Below are positions 23,185 to 35,274 of a DNA stretch of 64,000 bases, one piece after another. Position numbers and translations under genes: made by a program. This DNA is from Seison nebaliae (lineage: Eukaryota): positions 62,001 through 126,000 of the forward strand of contig JALJEE010002185.1 in assembly GCA_023231475.1 (NCBI GenBank), read 5' to 3'. Within the stretch, counting starts at the first letter, position 1, and every line of letters begins with the position of its first letter. Below the pieces are notes generated by a model. The model ran no database searches. It worked only from the letters and a program-made list of their open reading frames with translations, and was not told the DNA's origin.

Positions 23185-24459
23185 CTGTGCGTAAAGAATT
23201 ATCTCGGACATAGGAATTCTCATAGTTTCTAAAAATAGTTGTTAAAAAAATTCTCCGACATTTTTTAAATTAAATGTTTATTAAGAAAAAATGACAAAAA
23301 TTCGCTTATTAATATTTTGTCCAGCTTCCTTTGCATTTCACGACTTCTAATAATCGCTTATTCATGCTTATTGCGCAATTATGTAGAATGCGCGGCTCGA
23401 TCTTATCTCCAGCAGATTGAATCGCGTTCCAAAGGTCATCTTCTCTTTCAAACGCGACATTTTTTTCTTTCAATCGCATCGTAATTATTGCGCATACATT
23501 TTCCATCAGATTTCAGTCGGGACTTCTTAGCGGGTGTTCGATTAATTCCATTTTCAGTCGATTTAAAGCTGCGATGGTTACTTTTGACTTATGTATAGAA
23601 GCATTATCCTGCAGAAAAATGAATTTTCTGTGATTCTCTCTGTCTACTGATGGCAGAAATTCATCTTCAATTAGAGAAATATAGTCTTCAGACTTCGCTC
23701 TATGATTAAATTTGATTAATTTTAACGTTCTATCTGCATTAACTGCTCCCCAGACCATTACAGATTTTCTGTGAACACTTGATCCCAGTTGGTATCTTTG
23801 ATTCACGTTTTCATACCAAATTCGACGTCTCCCATCATTCTCAGAAAAAGAAAACTTTTTTTCATCGGTAAAAAAAACAGATTCCAATCGGTGCATTTTC
23901 CTATCATAGTTCCAGCATATTTTACTCGGTTATTTTTATGTTTCTGACTTAGGAAAGGTTTCTCTATAACCGTACCATTATGGAATGTAGTTCCATTGAG
24001 AAATTTTCCCAATTTCCCACTGACCTGCAAATCCAAACGGTTAATAATCTTTTGCAACGACGAATTCGGAAAAGCTCGCGTATATTGATTCTCATGCAAT
24101 GTTTGGCGGAAAGAACTTTAGGACGGCGTTTTTTTCTTTCCTTTTATCCGGGGTAATATTACCGTTCTTCACTATATCACCTACGGTGGATTTAGGAACG
24201 TTAATCTTAGCAGCTATTGCTCGAATTGATAGTGCTTCTTTAAAGTACATCTTCAAAATGATTTCTTGCCCTTTCTCATCAATTTTAATGCTTTTTGTCA
24301 TTTTAAGAACGATACAAACTATTAACAGCGTGCAAGTTGGATTTTAATTGAAATTTAAAGTTATTAATGACTGGGCTAAAATTTGTCCGAGAATTTTTTT
24401 AACAGCTATTTTCGAAAACTTAGATAATTCCTATGTCCGAGATATTTCTTTACGCACTG
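23185..24459 (-). mobile_element. Full-length but inactivated Tc1-family (DD34E) DNA transposon, 1275 bp
   Basis: ~80-bp imperfect TIRs (CTGTGCGTAAAGAATTATCTCGGACATAGGAATT.. / ..AATTCCTATGTCCGAGATATTTCTTTACGCACTG), TA on both sides. Transposase in 4 ORF pieces: HTH SIRAIAAKINVPKSTV, FTDEKKF, VMVWGAV, QDNA..SPD*NLME (34 residues between D and E). Confidence 0.95.
23309..24301 (-). pseudogene. Tc1 transposase pseudogene
   Basis: Frameshifts near 24095 and ~23890, and an in-frame TGA at 23515-23513 within the SPDLNxxE motif. Confidence 0.9.
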
Positions 24460-25020
24460 TATAACTATCTTCTTATGATGAGTAATGACATAGAAATTTA
24501 CATAACAGAAATAAAGAATAGGTATAATTATTTGTGTTCAATCGCTAAATTACTCTGATATTATTGATTTATAAACTTATTCTATCTTCTATTCTTTATC
24601 CAATCTTTTATTTTATATTTATCGTAATTTTGTGTTAAGAATTTATTATTAGATTATGTATTGGTGATAAGAGACCAATGCAGATGACAAGTTTTTAATA
24701 AAATAAACTGTGACAAATTTATTATTATCTACTTATCATTATGATTAATGCATAGTAAATTATTCGAATTGTTGTTATTATGGGGAATAAAATTGTAATT
24801 ATAAACCTCTAATTTTAGGTAAGAGCTTAATCTTAGAAATAACTTTAATGGAATCAGAATGAAAATAATCTTTTTTGTTAAATTTCTGTCAGACTAAATG
24901 AAATTCAAATTTAAATTCACGTTTACCTCCCAACAACAACAAGCATATATATTTGAAATAATTAAATGGGAAAGATATAATAGAGTATGAGAGAATATGC
25001 GTTCAAAATTCTAATTTTCA

Positions 25021-25041
25021 TTCTCTTCTTTGTTTCCTGCC
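25021..25041 (+). promoter_or_regulatory. Candidate 5'-TOP/TCT-type pyrimidine initiator of RPS13
   Basis: TTCTCTTCTTTGTTTCCTGCC about 65 nt upstream of the RPS13 ATG, typical of ribosomal protein genes. Confidence 0.5.
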
Positions 25042-25089
25042 AAATTAGATAAATTTTCCAATTTTTATTACAAGTAAGTTTCACCGAAA

Positions 25090-25750
25090 ATGGGTCGAAT
25101 GTATACACCGGGGTTAGTTTTATTAAATCGCTTAACTAATATTTTGGAATTTGTGTGAAATAGGAAAGGTATTTCCCAATCTGCTCTGCCTTATCGCCGA
25201 ACAGTTCCATCAGTTAATATTTCTAAATTACTTCAATAAAGTTGGAATGATTCTTTCTCTCGAATTTTTAGTGGGTGAAAATGACTGCGGAAGAAGTCCA
25301 AGCCGAAATTCTGACTTTGGCTAAACGAGGATTAACTCCATCAAAAATTGGTGTATGTCTTCGAGATCAATCTGCAGTTCCGCAAGTTCGATTCCTCACA
25401 GGAAATAAAATTTTGAGAATAATGAAAGCCAATGGTGTTGCTCCAGAAATTCCAGAGGATTTATATCATTTAATCAAGAAAGCTGTGAATATCCGTAAAC
25501 ATTTTGACAAAAATCGAAAAGTTTCTGAATTTTTAGAGTTTTTGAATATTTTATTATTTTTAGGATAACGATGCAAAATTCCGATTGATTTTAGTTGAGA
25601 GTAGGATCCATCGATTGGCTCGTTATTATAAGAGAAAACAAGTTTTACCTCCAACATGGAAATAGTTCGATTTTTTTATGAATTTACCAGAATATTAATT
25701 CCATTCTGTTTTCTAGCAAATCGTCAACTGCATCAGCAATGGTAGCGTAA
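25090..25750 (+). CDS. RPS13: 40S ribosomal protein S13 (uS15); exons 25090-25112, 25164-25212, 25272-25520, 25564-25664, 25717-25750; 151 aa
   Basis: [25 protein letters not shown]...[13 protein letters not shown]...[12 protein letters not shown]...[19 protein letters not shown]...STASAMVA. The spliced length of 456 nt gives the expected 151 aa. Confidence 0.97.
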
Positions 25751-26548
25751 ATGCATATCAATAAAATCAAACATTAAATTTCTTTTAATTCGAAATAAAA
25801 TTTGTTCATTACAATTCTTTAATTTAAGTGGAGAAATGACATAATGGTTTAAATGAGAAATTGAATATTTCGGACACAAATTAATATTAATCGGTCTGTT
25901 TGTCATCAACGAGTTGTGTGTCAGATAGCAAAATTGTCATTAAAAATGTGAAAAGGTTAAAGAGAAATATAAAGTTTAGGGAAATGTGAATTTATTTGAC
26001 CTTGACGGAAACTTATCGCTCATTTAGGTAAACATTAAGTCATTTCATTATTAATAGTATTAAATGAAAGATATTTAATTCGTAAAAAATTTTATTGAGA
26101 TGATTAATGTTCTCAAAAATTTTAATCTTGTTTTGATAATTAATTTATATCATTTCATTTTTCCATTTATTCTATTAAATCCATCCATTCAAATCAATTA
26201 AAAATATGTTGAAATTTAATATGTACAAAAGAATGTTTATTATATGTTAAAATGAAAGTAGACGTTAAATCGAAAAGGTGTTAAGATGACTATGAAATGT
26301 TGAAGTGACAAAATATCGAGAAATAGAAAATAACTTTCGATTACATTGATTATAATGATTATTATAGACGAGTTGATGGGTGAGGAGTATGAAGAAAGAA
26401 GAATATTCTTTACAATAAATAAATGAATTTGATAAAGAGAAATAAAGAAATAAATGACTCATCTTTTTATGGAATATTTTTTTCTTTTTCCTTAAACTGA
26501 TGGGACAAGAAGAGTGATAGTTGTACATCGAACGATAATTTGATGTTA

Positions 26549-26924
26549 CTATATCTTCATTACTTCGGGTAGGTAACATATGGTCTGCATACATAATCTT
26601 CTTTTCTCTTTTTCGTTTATGAGGGAAATATTTCTTATTTTTTCTTTATTCATATCATTTATCATTCGTTCAAACGTACGATGTGTCTTCGATATTTCCA
26701 GATGCACATCATTCGTATTAGTTGATAGTGCCAAGTTTGTAGGTCGCAGATATATAGAGGTAGACAGAGACCATGAAAGAATTATGCCAAATGAATGGGA
26801 GGTAACTGCTGGATAAATAATTTATAAAATTTTTCCAACTTCCTTTTTCACTTCAACTCAACAGTTTGTGCAATATTCTTCTAAAATGATCTCCATCGAA
26901 ATGAATATGTTGTTTTAAAGGATC
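26549..26924 (-). CDS. 3' exons of an unidentified multi-exon gene
   Basis: DPLKQHIHFDGDHFRRILHKLL can be spliced (49-nt GTTGAA..CCAG intron) to TVTSHSFGIILSWSLSTSIYLRP...YLPEVMKI*. Upstream exons near 26980-27210 are unresolved. Confidence 0.35.
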
Positions 26925-28012
26925 CTAAGAAAATTTTATGATTTTCTTAAAATTATTTTCTTTATGGTAATCTTTCATCAAACTGAAAAATTGTTCCATA
27001 ACAAGAAAGAGCTTCTCCAGCAATTTCAGTTGCACTAGCAATATGTCAAATCAGAGAACGTTTATTAAGATGTTTTAAGGACAAAATTATTTTGTTTAAT
27101 ATTATTAATTGAACAAACAGGTTTTTCTTTCTTCAATGAGGATGTTCATGGTCCAAAGTTTTTTGGAGGTCGAATTTCGTTTCCATTTTTATAATGTCCT
27201 CAAGCAGTAGATACTGAATGGAAAATTACAATAGGAAAATTGAGTTATCTTTAATATCATCAAATTGAAAGATTAAAATTTTCAAATTTTCAAATTTTTG
27301 AGTTTACTCGAAAAAGAAAATTGAACATTTGAATTCAATGATCTTATGTTAAATATTATGTTGTTGCGATTAATTTCATTTAGAACTTGGTTTATTAAAG
27401 TTCTGATAGAAAGAATGAGTTATATTATATAATAATTAAATTATATAACTTATATACTACTACTTATTTTACAAGTTTAGAAATTGTATAATAATTATTA
27501 ATTTTTCTACAATTTATAAATGACTAATACATATTTGAAGAGTGATAGAGTCTCTTCTTTGTCTAAGCTGTTAACCATGAAGATTGATGATAAAAGAGTA
27601 GAGATACACGTAGATGGTTTGATTTTCACTTATCGAAAAAATTCTTAATTATTTATGGGTAATTTTTATAGTTTCTTTTTATTTTTATATACATATCTAT
27701 TTTATGTAACTAGTTCTATGCAATCGGTTTGTGAATGTGCATTCAACACGTTGTCCTACAATTTATCCACAAATTATATGAACAAGAAGATGCAACCATT
27801 TCAAAAGAGCAAAAATTTATTTTGTTATGCAAATTTTTCCACAGATAAATAATTTGCAAACTCTATTTATCTTTCCTTCTTTTTTTTGTATACGTAAAAT
27901 GTTTGTAGATGACATGACGATAAGTTATTTATAAAGATTAAATATTTTTTTATCTTTCCATCAGATATTCTATTTCAATTGATTATTTTTTCATTAAACA
28001 ATATAACTCAAG

Positions 28013-29420
28013 ATGGTTAATCTCTCTCAAACTTCTTTTTCTCATTCATCTAATAATTCTCTTTAATGTCATGTAGCGTGAATGTATTTCAATTCATGTT
28101 GGGCAAGCCGGAGTACAGATCGGAAACGCCTGTTGGGAACTATACTGTCTAGAACATGGAATCAGTGTTGATGGCACATTATCAAAAGAGATGGTGGCAC
28201 AAGACGACAGTTCTTTCACAACATTCTTCAGTGATACTGGAACAGGAAAACATGTTCCACGAGCTGTCTTTGTCGATTTGGAGCCAACAGTGATCGATGA
28301 AATACGTACGGGAACATATCGACAGTTATTTCATCCAGATCAAATGATTACTGGAAAAGAGGATGCCGCTAACAATTATGCTAGAGGTCATTATACTATC
28401 GGGAAGGAAATCATTGATTTGGTATTGGACAGAATTCGAAAGATTGCTGACCAATGTTTCGGTCTACAAGGATTCCTCGTATTTCATTCATTTGGTGGTG
28501 GCACTGGATCTGGTTTCACATCACTCTTAATGGAACGATTGACAGTTGATTATGGGAAAAAGTCTAAATTGGAATTTGCCGTATATCCTGCACCTGAAAT
28601 ATCCACAGCTGTTGTTGAACCGTATAATTCGATTCTAACAACTCATACTACTTTAGAACATACTGATTGTGCTTTTATGGTGGACAATGAAGCGATTTAT
28701 GACATTTGTCGAAGAAATTTGGATATCGTTCGACCAACATATACGAATTTAAATCGATTAATGGCACAAATCGTTTCATCCATCACAGCGTCTTTACGAT
28801 TTGCTGGAGCGTTAAACGTCGATTTAACTGAATTTCAGACTAATCTCGTACCATATCCTCGAATCCATTTTCCGTTAGCGACTTATGCTCCTGTCATATC
28901 AGCAGAGAAAGCTTTCCATGAACAATTGACCGTTTCTGAAATTACTAATGCCTGTTTTGAACCGGCAAATCAAATGGTCAAATGCGATCCACGTCTTGGT
29001 AGTTATATGGCATGTTGTCTCTTATTCCGAGGTGATGTCGTTCCTAAAGATGTTAGTTCAACCATCGCACAAATTAAGACAAAACGAAGTATTCGATTTG
29101 TGGATTGGTGTCCAACTGGTTTTAAAGTAGGAATCAATTATCAACCACCCACTGTCGTTCCGGGTGGCGATTTAGCAAAAGTGGAACGTGCAGTATGTAT
29201 GTTGAGTAATACAACAGCAATATCGGAAGCGTGGGCTCGATTGAATCACAAATTCGATTTGATGTACGCAAAAAGAGCTTTCGTTCATTGGTATGTGGGT
29301 GAAGGAATGGAAGAAGGTGAATTTACTGAAGCTCGAGAAGATTTGGCAGCGCTTGAAAAAGATTACGAAGAAGTTGCTCTAGATACCGTCGATCCGGATG
29401 AAGTGGAAGATGATTATTAG
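28013..29420 (+). CDS. TUBA: Alpha-tubulin, divergent isotype; ATG-only exon 28013-28015, intron 28016-28076; 448 aa
   Basis: [52 protein letters not shown]-terminal Y; conserved intron right after the ATG. Confidence 0.98.
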
Positions 29421-30663
29421 AAGACATATGGCAGTTAAGAATTAACAAAACTGTAAAATTGTTTGAAAAGAAATGAAATCTTACAGTTTGATGACGAAAT
29501 GTTGGAATTTTGTTTACAATTTATCGATCATTTCGTTTGTTATTTTTTTGTCTTACTAAAAGATTTCGGACATCAAGAAATGGCTTTTCTTATGTTTTTA
29601 TTGCTTCTGACATTTACATTTCTCTTTTAGTCAATAAACTAATTTTTAAGCATTCTCATTACAAGATATTGATTTGTTAGATAAACAGATATTTTAAATT
29701 TTTGTTGATCGAATAATTTAAAAAGCGAAAATATGTTGGAAGTTCTTCGATAACATATTTATATAATAAATCTAATTATTTCTGATTATTATCACTTGTT
29801 AAACTTATAAAACGTTTCTAACTAATAAATTTCGAAGTAATAATTTTCTAATTGACACCTCCCAACACACCTAACAGTAGATGAGAAATATTTATAAATC
29901 TGACAAATTTTCTTATATTATTCAAAGTTACTCATTAACAAGAATTATACTCACGATCTTTAAGAGACATAACAATCCATTAAAAATAATATCTCACGCT
30001 CAATATAATTAATTATAAATTGAATTTTATATGGTTCTTATAATTCGATAAAAATCATTTAGATGACAACCAGTTTGAGAGCAAGGACAATGACTAGCTT
30101 TTGGTATAACGTCATCTTATCTGTTCGATATGTTTCCTCAAATAATTGTAAATATGTTTAAATTTCTATATGAGATTGATGTACGTATGTGTATGGAGAG
30201 AAGGAGAAATAATAGGTAAAACTAAAATTACGATGTCGAGAGGGTGGAGTTACCATTAGATGAGAAATGGTTAATTCGTATATAATCGTCAATTATCAGA
30301 TAAAATTCAATAGGCAAAATAGGTAAATGTCAAATTTTCATAAAAATAATCTGAAGAAATTCGAAGCAAACGAAGATGAGGACCAATACAAGTTCGACAA
30401 ATCGTCAATTATTAAACGTAAAGGAGATTGCATATGGTGTATACCATGACCTGATGTAGGCGTATACATGATAGTAAATGTAAAGATGAATGAGTGATGA
30501 AATGGGAATGATGATAGCCATAATAAGTATTAGGATGTTGTTAGAGAATGATGACGCAAGATTACAATTAAATAAATTTATTTCAACCTCCATTCAACTT
30601 ATGCAACTTTAATATTCTACAGAAAGTTTAATGTTTTAAATGTTTATTAACATAATATAACTG

Positions 30664-31720
30664 ATGAAGCAATTGATCCTAATTATTTGCATGTCTCTGT
30701 CTCTCCAATTTTCTCTCTCTCATGCCAATTCCACCGCCATCATTACAACAACAACTCATCAATATCAGAGTTCTACGGAAGATAGAAATAATGGGAGACA
30801 TACAGCTAATGAGACTACCATCGATTCCACAACTATTAATCAAACAACTTCCAAAGTTGAAAATCATTCTTCCACTTCTACTCCAATCGATTCAACGAAC
30901 GTCTTAATCACAACTCCTAAAACCAGAACACAAACTACCGTAAGAAGTACAAGTATACTTTCTATTTTAACAACGAGAACACAGACGACAAATCCAATCA
31001 CCGTGTCCAAAGAAACATCAACAACATCAACCAATATTACCGTTATTGTGATAACTAATAGCACTAGCACCACAACCAAAAGGACAAGTTAATATTATGA
31101 TGATTAATTAGAATTTAATAATGATATTTATTTATGATAAGCTTTACCTGTTGTCAATTCCAGTTCAACTCCAACAGTATCCAGAAAGGTGGAAGAAACG
31201 AATAGTTCTAATACTGGTTAAATCTTTTTTCCTCCAGAAAATTTCCAATGAACTTGTTTCAGATGCAATTGTTGGAGGAATTTCAGCCGCTTTAGTTCTA
31301 TTTGTAATAATCGGTGTTGTAATCAAAGTGGGTCATCAGCGAATAGCAAAAGTGGACAAAATAGGATCGGCGACTCGAGTGGAAAATGCTGTAGGCAATA
31401 ATGGGAAATTTAGATCGAATGAAATTCATCGAAATGTATATCCTCATCAGAGAGAAGGCATTATGGTGTATCGTCCGATACCGAAACCGATGTGGGATGT
31501 TGGACCACCAAAAACACCAAATGTCATAATGAGACCACAATTAATTCGAAGACAAGTGGAAAGCATTTCATCTAACCGAATGGATCAACAGCCACCGCCA
31601 AATCCACCGATAAAAAACAATTCTAATTTACCTCCTCGTTTAGCCAACCGTCCCCCACCCATCTACATACCGCCCCACATTAGTAATTACCGAACATCTT
31701 ATCAACAGTCTGAAGTATAA
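30664..31720 (+). CDS. Mucin-like type I membrane protein with a Pro-rich cytoplasmic tail, 3 exons
   Basis: Signal peptide, S/T-rich ectodomain, two GTT..AG introns (about 31088-31141 and 31217-31262) that keep the frame, TM AIVGGISAALVLFVIIGVVI, PPP-rich tail ending QSEV (PDZ-binding-like). Confidence 0.75.
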
Positions 31721-32121
31721 TTGGTACAATTGGTAAATCACACTTGGAATATCTCGCTCTCGTCATTCCTACTAATTATTGTTACTTTTCGGATTTTATT
31801 CTTTACATGTAAAATGGATGTTTTTGTAATTCAGAGTTTATTAAGGTAAAATATTATGTTCATCCAAAAAATAATAATAATCATCCGCAATCTATAACAT
31901 TCATTAAATGGATAATAAAGATATATTTCAAAATCATTCCGCTTTATTACTTTGAGTCACTCGCTAAAATTAGTTAGTTCAAACTTAGAAATTTTTGACT
32001 TTCGTTTTATGAGCAATTATGTTACTTCGGTGTGTATTAAACAGAAACGATCTATTCCGGAGCCAACCATTTTAAATTTTTTTTCGCTTTTCTCATTTAC
32101 TTTTTCTTCTTTTCAATAATC

Positions 32122-34749
32122 ATGGGAGGTGAAGTGAGTAAACTTAAAACGCCAGATGAACTTACCTCTAAAATGACTGGCACGAATTGGTTCGCCAACA
32201 GCACATTGCGTTTAGATACACAAGCAGATGGCAATAAGTTATTGTCTAATCTTAATTTCCATCCTTACTACATTACTTTACAGAATGTTACATGACATAA
32301 ATACTAATTATATAAGTTACACGGAGAGTAATAGTGCCTTTTATGTGCCTAAATATGCCATCATTGCTGCATTTTTACGAGCCAATTATTCCAACGAACA
32401 AATAAACGACATCGAAAAAATCCGAAATTTACCTGCATTAAGTAAAAAATTGGACAAATATCTAACTCAATATTATCGTTAACATTCGGCTAAATTTACT
32501 CATTCTCATATATTCCTCATATAGCAACCGGCATAAATCCAATCGATGTCGCTAATGCCATAAGTCTGGTACAAATGGAACAAAACAATGTTCCCAAATT
32601 TATTAATTTAGCTGGTGGCACATTTGGAGAATTTTTTCCTCCATGTGATTTTTTTATGGCAGGAGTGAGTGAAGGTTTATAATCTGCTTCAGGTATATTA
32701 ACAACTTCTGTGTGTAGGACTCCCATTGGGATTGGAGTTGGGCCCACTCAATCCTCCGAGGTCTCTGCAAAATGCATTTATACATTTCTTTTCTGTTGCA
32801 TATCATATGAGGGAACTCCCCACCATGTCAAACGACTTAAAAGAAATTTATAATGGTTTATTTTAAACAAATATCATTTAGCTATAATCTTGCTTAAATA
32901 GCCTTACATTTCGTTGAACCAGTAGAAGGAAAACTTTTTGAAATGAGCCCTGAAAGTATGTCCGTGACAGTAGCTCACAACAGTTATCTAACGAAGCTTG
33001 GTAGCTTCGGCATTGTTAGAACTTAAGAAAGAGATTTATATGATCGAATTATTGACATAGGATTTTTATGCCGAGTTGGATAAAGCTTATAAACTGTTAG
33101 GAAAGAGTGATATTAATGAGATGGAAGTAACAGTGACTGACGGCTGCCGGCAATGTCTGAATTTGGTTTTTTCTATTTACATTTAATTACATACAAGTTT
33201 TACTGGTTTTCTAGTATCCGGATTCCAAATTAAAAACGGAAACTTTAACGATTGTAAATTTAGAGTTCGGTGAAATTAATGATGTTCGTTTTTTTCCGAT
33301 GAATTCTTACTCTTAAACTTTATTAAATTCTAGAAAAATTTTCCAAGATTACCAGAATCACCCAAATATTGTGTACCGTTAGTGAACTACAATAATAAGA
33401 GTTAGCACAAATTTAAATGAAATGTGAAAAACATTTAAGGAATGACCAATGAATCGGAACCACAGTCTATGGGATGGTTGAATGCATGGTCTGCTGTATG
33501 CGACACAAACATAGGCATTTCTCCATCTGGCAAAGAATGTCCTGATTGCAACGAAAAGTGTCAACCGTATCGATTAATTTCAAAAGTTAGTTTCATGGAA
33601 AAACTCGTGAGTTGAATATAATTTTAATCTACATAGTTACCATACTATTTATTGATAACCGTTCCCCGTTTGCGTACTACATTAGTTAATCGATATAATC
33701 TATTATTTGATGAATACATTAATTTGGCGGCTATTATGCATCCGGATTGTTATGTTGATAAAACAGATGAAAAATATCATCGGTTTAGTTTACTCTACTA
33801 ATATTTTGGATGAAAATAATAAACATTTCTAGCGAACACTACAAGAGGCAACAATATCAATTGATATCGATTATTACACATTATGGTCATAGTAAATTGG
33901 ACTCAACGTATAAATGTTATCATCGTGTTTTTGAGACGAAAGCTGCCCATAAAAATCTTTGGGTATTGTGTGATTGTCACAGAGCAAAATTTGTAAGTAT
34001 TGGACAAGTGTTATGTTAGTTTATTTAGATTTCATGTATAACTTATTACTATCCATCTAAAGCAATGAAGCAAAATGTAATGTGTTTGTTATATAAGAAT
34101 GTGCTTGATTTGGACGTGTTTAATGATCCAGATGCAACGCTCAATAATCGATTTGACGATACTCGTGATGAGAGTCCAACAAGACGATTATCAGGGCAAT
34201 CAACCTCTTCGACTGAATCAACAGACGAGTTATTTTGTTCAATATTATTAGTCCAAAAATCTAGTTACACTATTTTAAGAATATCATTACTATTCTAATA
34301 ATATGATTAATAAGCATATAATTTAATCAAAATTTATTTTTAATTTTTATAGGTCTACCACTTCGCTAACTGAAGAGACTGTAGAATCCGCCGGAAAACC
34401 CACCAGTCCTCCACCTTACGATACATCACTATTCTCATCAGATGTACAACCGACGTCAGATCGAATGCCCGGTCATCTAAATAGAACTAATTATTCTGCT
34501 AGGAAAAATGATATAGTCAGACGTCAACTTTGTGTTTCTGCATCGCCACTTCGACATAAAAGAAATCCACAAGTTCCAGCACCTAGTCAACAAAGACCAA
34601 AAGATAGTGAGTCACCATTCACTCCACGTCGACAAACGCCAGATCCAAATCAAACACGCCAGGGTAAGCCGATGTTCCCAAACGCACCACAACCACCTCC
34701 AAATAATCAAGGAGTTCCACCGTTTTCATACCAATACAGACAACAGTGA
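32122..34749 (+). CDS. Multi-exon N-myristoylated protein with a degenerate USP (peptidase C19) domain
   Basis: MGGEVSK start; Cys-box-like LGLELGPLNPPRSLQNAFIHFF; zinc-ribbon pairs CRQC and CPDC; ISKLPYYLLITVPRL; His-box-like YQLISIITHYGHSKLDSTYKCY...WVLCDCHRAKFV...MCLLY; Pro/Gln-rich C-terminus. About 13 exons, and some junctions are tentative. Confidence 0.7.
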
Positions 34750-35274
34750 TAGAAAAACGTAGATAAAAATTGAAAATAAAGAAATAACTATTTTTATTCA
34801 CACTGTACTTCTATGTTACTATCCAATAAAATTATTTGTAAATAATTTTAATCTTTTAATTAATTTCGATACAGTTTGAATGAGGATTCGAAAACTGATA
34901 GGAATTTCAAATATAATATTATTGTACCAGTTTTTCCCAATGAGATTAACCAAATTAAGATGTTGGAATTACAAAACAACTTAATTTGATATATAAGGAA
35001 TATTTATGATTTTCTTATATTAGAAAGTATAAAAATTATATTTAGTGATATCGGAATAAGTACAATATCTCATTTGGAAATTGTTTGCTTATAATCCCCA
35101 TATTAAAATTCAAATAAAAGAAGTCATTGTTAGACGTGTTATGGAATAAAAACAAATTTATTGGAATCATGTTGAAGAGAATAGTAGCAGTGTATAGAAA
35201 AATCGAGAGAAGGAAACAAATATTTAAAAAAGATCATGAGAACATATTGAAGGGTAAATTTTTAATTATTTTGA

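Noticed and set aside
23513..23515. In-frame TGA in the transposase as possible readthrough or recoding
   Set aside because: The element also has frameshifts, and host genes here use TGA as a normal stop (TMEM165, TRAPPC5), so it is a nonsense mutation.
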